From Epithemia pelagica (lineage: Eukaryota > Protista > Bacillariophyta), in the NCBI GenBank assembly GCA_946965045.2, contig OX337228.1, positions 3,410,001 to 3,474,000 on the forward strand: 64,000 nucleotides of DNA. The letters are read 5' to 3'. The translations under genes and the position numbers were made by a program. The notes below the pieces were generated by a model. It ran no database searches. It was not told the DNA's origin and worked only from the letters and a program-made list of their open reading frames with translations. Of the stretch, positions 35,366 through 47,685 are shown one piece after another; the stretch's first letter is position 1, and each line of letters opens with the position of its first letter.

Positions 35366-37036
35366 CTATTTATTATACTTCTCCACAAGGGACGAAACCC
35401 AGGATAGATCGGTAGGAAAGACCATGTCCTGAAGGCCTGATGAGATACCGTCTTTGAATCGCTTCCCTCCAACCACGGAACATCCAACAAGACAACCATC
35501 GGAGGGATGAAGAGTACCCAAGTATTCAAATCCATCTATGCCACCTTCTTTGTCATATCGGTCGGGGTCATTCATGGTGAAGATTGTTTCTTCCTCCTGG
35601 TGGCGTAAGACATATAATTTGGATTGTGTCTTGGGGAATATCATGGAAACCACGAATTTCGAGCCATCGTGTTCGTACTCGTCGCCATGACTGACAGGGC
35701 AGTCAGAAGAATCCGTGGACTGGGGTGTCGCGTCCTGAAAGAGCAAATTGGATGAAGGCATCCCAGATGTGTTGGGAGATTCATAGACAGTTGGGTTGCT
35801 CGAGTCGGTTTACGAGTTGGTTCTATGAGTGGACTCAGCAGTAGAGGCATCTTCGGGGACAGGGAAAGGACGGAAAAGAATATTGTCAGCATGGTATTCC
35901 TTGGCTCTGAGAATACAATCCAAGTGATCAATTGGAGGAGTGGTGCGAAATTGACCACTCCTGCTACGATCATATCGGAATCGTTGAAAGTTGGCCGTGA
36001 CACGAACTTGGAAGGGCGAAAAAACCACATCAATTCGCTGTTCGTAGCAGCGACGCTTGAATTCGCTTGCCTCTTCACTACCCTTGATGACTGTCAGGAA
36101 ATGCCCTCTCTTGAGGGTCACTCCGGCATCTCCATCTTGTAAAGTGGGACGAACTTCACTGGAACCATAAACCGCTGCAAAGCCTAGCATGTTGCGAATA
36201 AAATTAAGATCAGATTGTGTCGCGAAGCGGAGAATTTCGTTTTGGAACGACATTCTGATCTTGCGACGTGTCATCTTGTCGTCGATGTCCTGGTAACTTT
36301 CAGAACCATCGACAAAATGACAAGAGAGAAACTTCATGTGAGAATTAGAAAGAATATAAATGTAGTTGAAGGTTTCCGTCGGGATGTTACCGATGGAAAC
36401 AGTCTCGGAATCGCGTCTCTCAGCTTGTCGACCTCGTCGATTCAGTGCCTTCACAAGAGCCTTGCGCAACAGAAACAGTCCGTGCCAGGTATTCTTGTGA
36501 AAGCATCTTGGTGAGGCGATGAGATTTTCGCCCAGTTTAACATTGTCCATGGGGAAGCAACAAATCTCGGAGTCTTCTACTGGCACGAGCTTTCCGCCAT
36601 CTCCGGGCTCTCCCGGCACTTGCTTGTAGCGAATGACATAGACGTTTTTGATCCCTTCAGCCCAGACATTCGAGGGAGAACCAAGTTGGGAGGGTGTAAA
36701 GCAAAACGTGGGATAGCGAATGGCGATGTCGTCGTTCTGGGCTTCGTAGCGAGAGATGACGTCCCAAGACTTGTACAATTCAATCTGACGACAGCCTGTT
36801 TCGTTCTCGAGAGGTAGGAAGTCGTGCTTTGGAATGGACGGGTGACATTTCAGCTTAGTTTTCGGAAACAAAGGGTAAAACAACGACAACTTGACATTTC
36901 CGTCCCAGTGTTTGTTCAGTTGGCAAATTGTGGTGGACCATTTGTCTTGGTCCTTTAGTTTGACGTGCACGAAGGTCCCAATACGGAACACATCGTTGAA
37001 CAAGGGCACGTACACAGGTCCTTCGTTCTCGTACAT
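35366..37036 (-). pseudogene. Unknown accessory ORF of the transposon, 556 codons, one in-frame TAA
   Basis: ORFs 35810-37036 and 35366-35761 share a frame with 16 open codons between the TAA (35810-12) and the next ATG. No family recognised. Confidence 0.65.
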
Positions 37037-38221
37037 GGTTTAGCAACTATTGTGTTGGATTGCTGAATGGAAAGAGTCGCAGTCAAGGCATGGAAATGGT
37101 CGTGTTGCAACAAGAATCATTATCCACCATTGGCATCCATTCGTCTAAGCCTCGGATGGTTGGTTCCGAGTACGAAGTACCGTATGAGAAATAGACATTG
37201 GTGGGATATGTTCCACCAGAAACTGTAATAATTAAAAATGATCAAAGTGGTATTCCGGAATTCTGTGGGGTCGGGGTTACATATGAGCGCAAGCATAGCT
37301 TTTGGGTGAAAATTGGGGAAAGGCCGGCTCGAAAAGCATGTTTTGTCGGAATGGATGGGATCCCAAGTGCTCCTTATGCCAAGGACGAGCAGACCGGCGG
37401 ATAGTCTATACTCCGAAGCGGAAAGCAGTCGTTGTAAGATCGCGTTTTTACCGAGGAATAATTATCAATCCTTGTATCGGCACTGACAAGATATGACCGC
37501 TGAGAGAGAGATATTGCACATACGAATACCGAATCCGCTCTATGGTGTACGGTAGTACGTACGGACTCCGGGGGCCGAAAAATTCCCCCACAATATCCTG
37601 TGTTTCACGTTCGTGAGACTTCCGGCCCTACGAGATTCATGACTCCATTCATTTTCTCAAAGTAAAATGAATTGCCCCTCATCATCCACAAGACGTTCAC
37701 GTATCTCGCAGTCGTGATGAACCTTTTCACCATGACGAGGCGCTTACCCTTCCTGTGCGAGTAGTAAACAACAATCATACAAGTGCAAAATATACGACCC
37801 ACTTATTAATTATAAGCCTTTATTATGTAGTCACCACCACTGCTGCTTGTTGTCATGGGTATAGGTGATGGTTTCACTTGGAGTTGGTTGTTGCATTTGT
37901 TGTCGTTGTCGCGGCACAGGATTGTCTCGTTCGGCCGAAACAAGGCGTTGATCGTTGTGTTTGTTGTAGAAACGTAGAACTGAAAGAACCAGAGATGGAG
38001 AGCAGTTGATTGTTGCTTTTGGTGCCATTGTCATTGTCGTGGCCCCGGATTGTTTTGTTCGGCCGAAACGATGAGTTGATTGTTGCGATGGGGGCATGCA
38101 TGCTACGCGAGGCCAAAACCAGTTGGTTGTGTGGTTGGTATCTGTTGTCATGTTTGTGGGTGTCGTATCATCATTACCATCCGATGGCTTGCTCGTTGTG
38201 GCTGTTGGTTTTGTCGTCAAG

Positions 38222-38489
38222 TCTCATTGTGAAGGAGTTTTCTGTTCCACCCGACGAGTTGTTCGTAGAATGTCCGAATGAGGCGGCCGTTCCGTTGAGG
38301 GAGGTTCCCATGGTCATTCGGAAGAGTTCCGGTTTGCAGTTCGTAAGATTCTGCTAGGGACGAATGTAAACTGTAGTGCAAGTTTTGTTACTTCTCAAAT
38401 TATGACTAGGAGCTAAGTTGGGTGTAGTGCGAGGTCGATATTTTGTTGCATGTGTGGGAGTGAATGGAAGAGGCGCATGAACGCTGATA
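38222..38489 (-). repeat. 3' LTR of Copia A
   Basis: Matches 45007-45274 with one visible mismatch (gaatgaggc/gaatgtggc). Confidence 0.95.
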
Positions 38490-38507
38490 CTCGCCCTTGA
38501 CCGAGGG

Positions 38508-41500
38508 CTACCAACCCATAATCTTTTTACGAGCCGTTTCGAATGGTCCTGTGTCCAATGGTTTGGTAAAGGCGTCGCCAAGTTGATCTGTCGTTGCGAT
38601 CGCTTTCATGAAGATGCCGTTTGGATCAGTACTGTTGGGTGAGTTGATGTGTGTGCGGAACCAGTGATATTTGATTCCAATGTGTTTGCTACGCGGTGTC
38701 ATTCGTGGTGGATCTTTCGTTGCCAGTTGTAAGGCGGCTTGATTGTCCTCCCAGACGGTGCAAACGAAACTTGGGCCCGCTGGATTCAGATGCAAATGAG
38801 TAATTATCTTGGCCAATTGATTGCGTAGTGGAAGGAGTGTACGCATGCTGGTTGAGGCAGCGATATACTCGGCTTCCATGGTTGAGAGTGCAATCTCAGT
38901 TTGTAGTTTACTGCTCCATGTGATGGGGGATTGACCGATGGTAATGATGAACCCAGTGCGCGACCGTACGGAAGTTGGATCATCGGGATTCTCGTTACTC
39001 CACAGGCCAGCGAAATCGGCGTCCACATAACAATGCAGACTCAGATCCTTGGATGGTTTTAGGATTAGGCCCCTCTCCGCGGTTCCCATGAGGTAGCGAC
39101 CGATTCGTTTTAGTGCCTCTCCATGTAGTGCTGTGGGGTTGTTGCTGAATCGTGCCGTTTGGTTGATGGCGAATGCGCAGTCGGGTCGCGTGTTATTCCC
39201 AAGGTAGAGGAGCATGCCCACCACGGATCGGTAATTGTAGTCGGCGTTGAGTGGTGTTCCGTCCAGGTCTTTTCCAATTGTTTTCGTGGCAGGTGTAGCC
39301 TTGGGATTGGATTTTTCGAGTCCCAATGCGCTGATGATGCTACGAGTCAAGTGCGGTTGTTGTAGCTCGACGGTGCCATTCTCATGATGCTTGATTTCGA
39401 CTCCGAGGTACGTTGGAAGATCTCCGAGATGTTCGTAGTCCATCTTCATCTGTGTCAGTCCCTCGAGGATTCGATTGACGCTTGCTTCGTCGTGTCCACA
39501 AATCACTGCGTCGTCGACATACGTGATCATCACACAGCCCATTCCGATGAAGAGACATGGGTCGGAACCGTCAGGCTTGAGTCCAATTTGTTCCAGTTTG
39601 TTGCGTAGGTAATCGTACCATAGTCGTGGTGCTCGGCAATCGCCGTAAAGACTCTTGGTCACTTCTAGGACTTTGTCGCTCTGGCCTGCCCCATATCCTT
39701 GTGGCAGATTGACATAGATCGGTTCGGGTAGATCCGATTGGACAAAGGCGTTCTTGAAATCGATTGAGACCGTGTGTAGCTTGTGTTGGATGGACAAGTT
39801 GAGAAGAAGACGGACGGTTGGCCAATCAATCACCGGTGCGAAGGTATCGTCTCGGCTAAAAGATGCCTTCTGCTGATCTCCACGGACGACCAATCTTGCT
39901 TTATACCGGGAGATGGTCCCATCTGGTTTCCGTTTCCGTACAAAGGTCCACATAACATCTACGATCTCCTTTCCTTTTGCTTGGATACGAGGGACAAGTT
40001 TGAATGTTTTCTTGTTCTCGAGCTCATTTAACTCCTTGTCCATAGCAGCAATCCACTTGTCCTGTTCTTCCTGAGGCAACAAACGGATGTCAAAGTAGGA
40101 TGACGCGTCTTCGTTAATGGCTTTGGCACTGAAGTAGAGTGGATGCCAATCGTCGATGATGCCTAATGGCGACTGGATTTGAGCCAGGAGGCGTGAATCG
40201 AAGGTAGATGTGAGCTTGTCTGGGTCTAGTCCGTTAGGAAAATCCCACTTGATGGAGTTGGCATAGTGTCCAAAAGCTGTTGGATCGTCGTTGATAGCCG
40301 TCATGGAGAAACGTTGCTCTGTGACACTTGTGTGTGCCCAAGAGCTGTCTTGATGGGAATCCACATTGTCTGGAAATCGTACTGGAGCGCGACGTTGACG
40401 GTGAGGTCGGCCTGTAGTGGGTTCATGCGTCGCATCAGAGGCTGAACTTGGTGACGACTCGCCCATTTTTGAACGAGGTGACGACTTGCCCGTTTTTGAA
40501 CGAGGTGACAACTCGCCCGATTTTGAACTGGGTGACGACTCGCCCGGTTTGGATCAAGGTGTGGTAGGCATGTCGTCGGAAGTGGAATCGAAAGAGTCAG
40601 TCTCGTCAGTCTCGGCAAGTGGTGACAGAGGAGTGATATCGTCCAATTGGATGGGTGTCACGTTAGGATGAGATTCAAGAGTCGTCCGGCGATGGTTACG
40701 ACCAAGATCTAATGGTGTGCTTGGTGTAGTAGGCTGGTCGTGTGACGGTTGCTCTGCTCGCTCGCCCTCGGGGACATTCGGAACTGGAAGGGACGAAGTG
40801 TCGTCAAAGGATACCTTGGGAAGGGACCAGACTGAATCCAAGTCGGGTAACGGTCCATCACGTGTCGGATCGTGGTCGTCGAGATAGTGATCGCGGGTGA
40901 AGAAGTCGGGTAAACTGTTGTCTTGGGGGAATGACCACGTGCTGTTGACAGACATAAATAATTCGTCGTACACCACATGAAACTGGGGGGAAATGTGGCC
41001 AGTGTCCAAATTCCGAATCATGCCCACCAGACTAGAATGTTGGGGAGAGAAACCCAAGAACTGACCACGACGAGACCGGCGTGCCCACTTGGGAAGTTTC
41101 TTACCGTCCTGCAATTTTGGATCCAAGACGTAACTGGGACAACCCCACACACGAACTCGACGCAACAGAGTACAATCGATCTTGGTGCCAGAGAACACTT
41201 CCATTGGACACATGTCGTTGTCTTCTTGAGGGACGTGATTGTAGATCCAGGTGGCGTATTCAAGGGCCATGGGCCATAAAGACGGTGAAAATGCTGACGG
41301 CCATCGAATGTGACAATGGATCATCATGGCTCGGGCCATGTATGTAACTGTTTGAATCGCCCGTTCAGCACCTGCATTGGCATGATGAGCTCCGACACCA
41401 GAGAGTGTGCTCAAGGGAGAAGGAAAAGTGTTCCGATTGGTCTTGAGAGATTCCTGAAAAGCGTCTGAGGTAAAGACACCGTTATCAGAATGGTATCGAG

Positions 41501-43244
41501 TAACCTGTCGGCCAGCCTGATGGAGGGAGACTTCGAATTGGTTCTTGGAATTAATGGTGTCACTGCTACCAAGGGAGACTTGTGGATAGCAGAAAATGGC
41601 TTTTGAACCATGGTCAAAGAAAATGGTACCACCCACAAAGCGATGCTCTGGTCTTTCACGGCCTCGTGTGTGCCAAAGGCGGCCTCGAACGGTGGACTCG
41701 AAGTGATCCATTGAAACCAATTCACTGGGAGAGAGTTTTCGGTCTGTTGGAGTCAAATGGCCTGCTTGGGAGTGTGGTACATTAGCCTTGGACTGGGTTG
41801 GCCGACGTCGAGCTTTGGCGTACAAGCATGCCAGGCATTGTGGTGCATCACAACTACCACTGCTCTTGAATGTGGAAGGTAGACATGATGTTGTGCCATC
41901 GCTTGGGTCAGAGTTCGAGTTGTCACGATAGAGCCTCTGGATACAACGCATATGAATATGTCCCAAGCGTTGATGATCCAACAACAATTGTTTCTGTGGT
42001 CGGCTCAAGTTCCGATTCGTCTCGTCCAAGGGATTTTCGTCATGTTCGGCCAAGAACTGATGCAATGTGAGCTGATTATTGGTCACAGATGCAGTTTCCA
42101 AGGGACATCGACACCACTGATTAAATCCGCAACGACAATCAACCGGTCGGTGCTGGGCCGTTGCTTGAGTGTGATTCTTGATGTGCTTCACTCGAACGAT
42201 GGGAAGATTACTAGAATAGTCGATGGGTACAGTAATGCGCCGTTCGGATTCCTTGTCAATCATAATGCTCGCGAATGATTGGTTGCTGACGAAAGTTGGG
42301 AAACGTTGGTCTTGACGGAGGTAAGCAGCGTTAATCTGTGGAGAGCAAAGTCTTGTACCAGCTGCCTTACAGAGGTTGGCTGGATAGACCCATCGTCGTA
42401 CAGTGCCGTCTTCGTGAATGGCGTCATATCCAACAATACCGGCGCCGATGATAGGAAAGCGGTTGTCACTTGCGGCAGTGGACATGGATCTGTAATTGCC
42501 GTATACCAACTCAACAAAATCATCCTCACTCATGGTTAAGCCATTGGAGGCGCCAGTGTCAAGGATAATGGGTACCACTGGATCACTTGGAGCGTCGTCA
42601 GTGTGAGCGGCTTGAGATACGATCATGGTCGGATCGATATGATGCATGGCATAACGGTATGTGAAACGGGGTGTCTCACAATTCGCACGTAGAAGGTTGC
42701 TAAAATCTGGACCAAGGGTGTAGATCTTGGGATCTCTTGACAAAGGTAACAGCTTGAGCTTGTCGTAACAATCAACCGTGTGATTGTGCAAACGTAAAGC
42801 ACGTATCGTGGGCCAATGGTTCTAATTCGTGGCAGATCTTGACTTGGACCATGTGCGTCTTTGTGTTCTCGTACCATGCTCGCCCCTGACCCGTGGAGGA
42901 GTGAAACTCATGACTCCCAAAGGGTAAGTTGACGACGTGAACATGAGGAGATGAAAGGCAAGGTAAAGGACCGAAAGTGGAGTCAAACAAATCACGTGAT
43001 CGGATAAGCAAAGGCGACTATCGAAACCACTAGGAGGAAAATGGAACGGAGGTTTGGGAAGCAACCGATTGAGGTGACGAAGGTGAGCTCGACTGGACGA
43101 CGTAAACCGATACAAACAACCAACCAAAGTCAACACAAAACAATCAACCGTCGAGATCAAACAAAACCAACCACAGAGGCATAGCCAACAAAGAATGGTG
43201 TCCAACCAAGGAGGATAGAGGGCATTGGAGTGCTGGAGAAACAC
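38508..43244 (-). pseudogene. pol of Copia A (PR-INT-RT-RNase H) with in-frame stops at 42822-24 (TAG) and 40554-56 (TGA)
   Basis: IILDTGAS protease; HQRLGH...CDAPQCLAC, SMDHF, SDNGVF, AERAIQ integrase; YKARLVVRG, DFKNAF, SLYG, YVDD RT; YVDADFAG, STMEAEY, DQLGDAFTK RNase H. 27-bp x4 repeat at 40444-40551. Confidence 0.93.
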
Positions 43245-43249
43245 CCGCC

Positions 43250-44632
43250 CTAGCGAAAATCCCGCAAGGAGGTAAGGGCAACATTGACGTAAGTCTGGGG
43301 TGGTGCAGCAGTCGGTGTAGCAGTGGCACTGTCGGTCAAAGGGGTGTCGGCGGCTGGAGGAGAATCCGTAGTGTTCGCAATGGCAGCCGTGTCAGAGGGT
43401 GTGGCTGCAGGAGAGCGACTGGAATTCACCTTGGTGGGGTGATGACGGTCTGTGCTGTGGTTACCCCAACGGCCGATGCCGCTTGGAGTACCATTCGGAC
43501 ACAAGGCACACCACCACAATTTGCGCTTGGGATTCGTCGGATGAGGCTTGGAGTTGGCCTCACCAGGACCAGGAGGAGTAGTGTCGATCGGTAAAGGTGG
43601 ACGACGACCATTGTTCGACTTGGGGGTTCCAACCGGAGCGGCTTTCTTGGTCTCAGTGAGAGCAGGAAAAGCGGAGGTATCGGTCTTGACGGTCGGAAGC
43701 CATTTCTCGGACAACAAGAGAGAATGGTATTTTGCCACAACACGTTCGCGTAATCCGAAAAAGTCGTGAAGGATGGGGTCGTCATGATTCTCCAAGTAGT
43801 CCATCGTGCTGAGAAACTTTGGAACCGTGCAAGTGAGAAGTCGTTCGACGAAGATACTGCAAATGTCGGCCGGGACATGTCCACTCAAGTTCAAACGTAG
43901 AACCACATTGTTAAACGTAGAGCAAAACTGATTTATGTTTTCACCAGGATAGGCAGTGACACTGTGTTTCTCCAATCGGCGAACAATACCACGAGCGGCG
44001 TCGGTAGTAGTCGTCATGAGTTGCGTGAGGATCATATGAAGAACCAAGGGCCCACCCTGCTCGTTGTCAGGGATCGTGACCAAGCGATTTTCAAGATCGG
44101 CACGAAGAGTCCCATCACAGGAGGCAAGCAACAAGTCCTGAGTCCAAGACAGATTCTGCGGGTGCAGACTGTCGGTGGTGCGTTCGGCATAGATCTGGTT
44201 GCTCAAGCGGACTTGAGCCTCAGAGAGCGAACAGGCATGGTCGAGTAAACTCATAGTAGCACCTGACGAGTCCAAATGCCGGTTTCTTCATCAACAGGAA
44301 GGATATCAAACACCGAATGCATGCAGTACGTCGTAAGACGTGTCTTGAGTGCATAAAGTTGCATCATAATCTTGTTGTTGTCGTCGAAGAAGGACTTGTC
44401 ATCGGTCGTACTGACAACAGCCCAGGTGAAAGTGAAGGGAGGAGTAAGTCCAACAACGGCTTCGTTACGAAAGTCAAACAGGGTCTTCCCGGATAAGGAA
44501 CTGCGATAGGCTGGAGAGACCGTGTCGGCGAAAGCTCCGAGTTCAAAAGTATGACTCTTGGCGGCAGTCAGAGTGATACCATTCATCTGGGTATCGGCTG
44601 AAAGGGAACCGACTCCAGAGGTCTTCTTGGTC
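43250..44632 (-). pseudogene. gag of Copia A with a 1-nt frameshift near 44275-44285
   Basis: Two overlapping ORFs (44251-45102 and 43250-44275). The CoDi-type gag tail has WWCALC...WGNHSTDRH. Start position is approximate. Confidence 0.72.
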
Positions 44633-45006
44633 GTTGAAACAGGAGTAGGGATCTTCATGGTCTCAAAGATAGTAGGCAAAGGCAAGGAACTCAACAGCAA
44701 AGGTAAGCGGAAAGTATGAGTCTGTTTTGGTTTGGACCAAAAAGTGAGTGTTAGTTCCCGTGCTCCAAGTTGTGTTGGGCCCAGTAACGGAGTGTTCTGG
44801 TTGGTGGACCAAGTCTCCAGCTGCAATGTTGACTCCCAGTTGCCGAATGTCGGTCGCGTCAGGGTTCGGATTCGTGTAGGGGGCACAAATGAAATTTGTC
44901 GTACCACGAATGAATCGTTAAGTAAAACAATTCTTGTCGGTAAGTAAACGGTCATCAGTAAGGTGAATACTGTTACAACCCAGTGGAACCGCTTGGGCTC
45001 ATAACC

Positions 45007-45274
45007 TCTCATTGTGAAGGAGTTTTCTGTTCCACCCGACGAGTTGTTCGTAGAATGTCCGAATGTGGCGGCCGTTCCGTTGAGGGAGGTTCCCATGGTC
45101 ATTCGGAAGAGTTCCGGTTTGCAGTTCGTAAGATTCTGCTAGGGACGAATGTAAACTGTAGTGCAAGTTTTGTTACTTCTCAAATTATGACTAGGAGCTA
45201 AGTTGGGTGTAGTGCGAGGTCGATATTTTGTTGCATGTGTGGGAGTGAATGGAAGAGGCGCATGAACGCTGATA
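45007..45274 (-). repeat. 5' LTR of Copia A
   Basis: Directly abuts the PBS; bounded by the TCAAG TSD. Confidence 0.95.
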
Positions 45275-46182
45275 TCAAGATCCTCCCGCTTTTGATTGTT
45301 GCATTGGATGTTGTTGTCGTTGTGGCCAAAACGAGGAGTGGATTGTTGCATTTAGGTTTTGTTGGAGGTCTAGAGTAGTTGATTGGTGCATTGGTGCCAT
45401 TGTCTTGTACCATCCAATGGATTGGTCGTGGTGGATGTTGGTTTTGTGGTCGTGGGCTTCACGTCGTTGGGAAACAAGGGTTCACTTCGCGTCCAACTCG
45501 TCGTGTGGTGCCACAAATCAGTCGCTGTCTTTGTTGTGGCTGAGGTTGTTGCGGTTGTTGCAGCCGTGATGATGGAGTCGACCCTTCACTTCCACAAGGC
45601 GGCCGGTTGTTGTTGGGTTCTTGTGGTCTCGCAACATTGAGAGACAGTCTGTTGTTGGTGTTGTCGTTGTTGCGGCCGACTGTTTTGTTCAGACGAGAAT
45701 CCTCCAGTTGATTGCCGTGTGTCCTTGCCACTGCTCTCCCACGACTCATCCATCCATTTAGAAGCTTCCACTGTCGTCCCTCATTGCAATCTTTGTTCAT
45801 TACATCATTCTCCGACTCCAATCTTGTGTCACAAAGTGGGGCGTACTGTCCATCAGTGGGGTTGACGGGCAGTCTTGTAGCGCGCGTGTCGGCATGGGAA
45901 AGTAGATAGATTCAAATTCCCACTGTCACCATAATTTCCAAATCTGTTGTTTTGATCTTCCTTTTTCGTCGTTAGCCGCATCATCAGACCAAGTTGACCA
46001 TAGTGAAGCATCAACTCTTCGCTGCGTACGACTTCGAGCAACAGCGATATCGTCTGTTGCGACAGGTTATGAGCCCAAGTAAAGGGTTGTAAGCTTGCTT
46101 TTGTTATCGAACAAGAGCTGGAGGAGAAGAAGACTTCGCGTACCATCGACGAAACGAAACGGACTCGACGCTGAGAAGAACC

Positions 46183-47673
46183 ATGGCCTCTGGAGGGGAA
46201 TTGCCACCGCCACCGGGACCACCTAGCACGCCTCGAGCGCCGCGTTCCCCTACACCACCACGGCTTGGAGGATTGACCGGAATCCATCCATGGACTGGAG
46301 GCCGACCGACTGATGTGACGTTCACCGCAACGACACAAACCGTTCCGCGGAGCCCATATTGCTATCAGTTGCAAGATCCGACGGAAGCGCACAAGGCGTT
46401 GAAACAGAAGACGACCATTATGGATGGTAATGAAAGCGAGCCGCGCAAGTTCACACGAGATGAAAAAAGCCTCACAATTGAGCAATTGGCAGAGATGGTC
46501 GCCGACCACATGGAGTTTCATGGGATGGACAGTGAATTCTACCTTCCTGATCCACAAGATCCCACCAGACTTGTTGACATCCTGCAAGAAGACTCCGAGT
46601 TCACCCCAGTCTTTGTTGTCAATCACTTCAAGACTGGAATGGGAGCAACAACACCCTTGTACGATGACTACTCCACCAACAACATGGACCTTGCGTATAA
46701 GGCCATTATGTCACTGTTGGATGACTCAGTGAAGAACAGTATTCGCCCACTGCTACCACGCGATTTGAAGTATGGGCCGATCCTCTGGATTTACGTCGTG
46801 CGTGAGGTTAGAACCGCCTCCTTCCAGCGAATCAAAGCGTTGAAACAACAACTGGAAGCCCACAAACTTCGCCAAACGGCTGGAGAAGATGTGAAAGTGT
46901 TTACCACCAAGTTTCTACAGACTTGTGTGGAGCTTGGAAAGAACGTGCCAAGCGACGCTCCATTTCTCCTGAATGAACAGCTCTGTACATCGTCAGTGGA
47001 GCAATTTCGTGTGAAGTTTATGGCTCGGAGCACAGCTGTCAATCAATGGGTCACCAAAGTCCATGGCCTCTCAAGAGCCACCATCGAAGGACGAGCAACC
47101 GAACCCGACTATATCTCAGTGCAACAGCTTGTCGAAGAAGCGAATGCAGAATACACCTTGTTGTTGACGGCCAAGCGTTGGGGTCCGTCTGGAAAGAGCA
47201 ACTCTGGAAATCCGCCAGAAGCAATGATGTCGTTCACGAAAACCGAGATTAACAATCTCGTTCAGAAGAGTGTCTCTGCTGCCTTGAAGGGCGGCACCAA
47301 CAACGGAAAGGGCACGTCCAACAATGGCGATCGCAAGTGTCATATCTGTGGATCACCGGATCATTTAAAGAAAGACTGCCCCAAAGCCAACAACAACGAC
47401 GGCAAAGGAGGCGAACGAAAGTCGAAAGCTCCGAAGGCTCCTTAAAAATCCAAACCACCAGGTGAAGGAGAGCCTGAAACGAAAAATGTGAACGGAACAA
47501 CGTGGCATTGGTGTGCCATTTGTGGATTCTGGCGACTATCGCACGGAACGGCGACGCATGATAACGATTATGCGAAGAAAGCGAATCAAACTGGCGGTAC
47601 GAAACCGGCCGCATCGCTTGCATCTCTAAAATATTGTGGAGCTGCAACTATCTTAGACGAAGACGACGAATGA
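46183..47673 (+). pseudogene. gag of Copia B with a CCHC zinc knuckle; in-frame TAA at 47443-45
   Basis: CHICGSPDHLKKDC. The same frame resumes after the TAA as KSKPPGEGEPETKNVNGTTWHWCAICGFWRLSHGTATH. Confidence 0.85.
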
Positions 47674-47685
47674 CTCATCGGGCGG

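Larger units (their letters stand above)
31049..37378. mobile_element. Candidate RAG1/Transib/CMC-related DNA transposon with two tail-to-tail ORFs
   Basis: Imperfect IR CATAGGCAGCACTTGGTACCCC (31049-31070) vs reverse complement of 37357-37378, 18/22 matches. Encloses the transposase-like ORF and a convergent ORF. No TSD found, so the ends are tentative. Confidence 0.6.
38222..45274 (-). mobile_element. Ty1/Copia LTR retrotransposon A (CoDi-like), 7053 bp
   Basis: 268-bp LTRs, TCAAG TSD (38217-21, 45275-79), PBS ggttatgagcccaag (44992-45006), PPT aagggcgag (38490-98), and order gag-PR-INT-RT-RH. Confidence 0.96.

Noticed and set aside
35366-37036. Direct RAG2 homology
   Set aside because: No PHD-type Cys/His pattern or recognisable kelch repeats; only the gene arrangement is similar.
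40444-40551. 27-bp x4 repeat as a CRISPR-like array
   Set aside because: No unique spacers; it is an in-frame coding repeat in the integrase-RT linker. No CRISPR array or cas gene was seen in the window.
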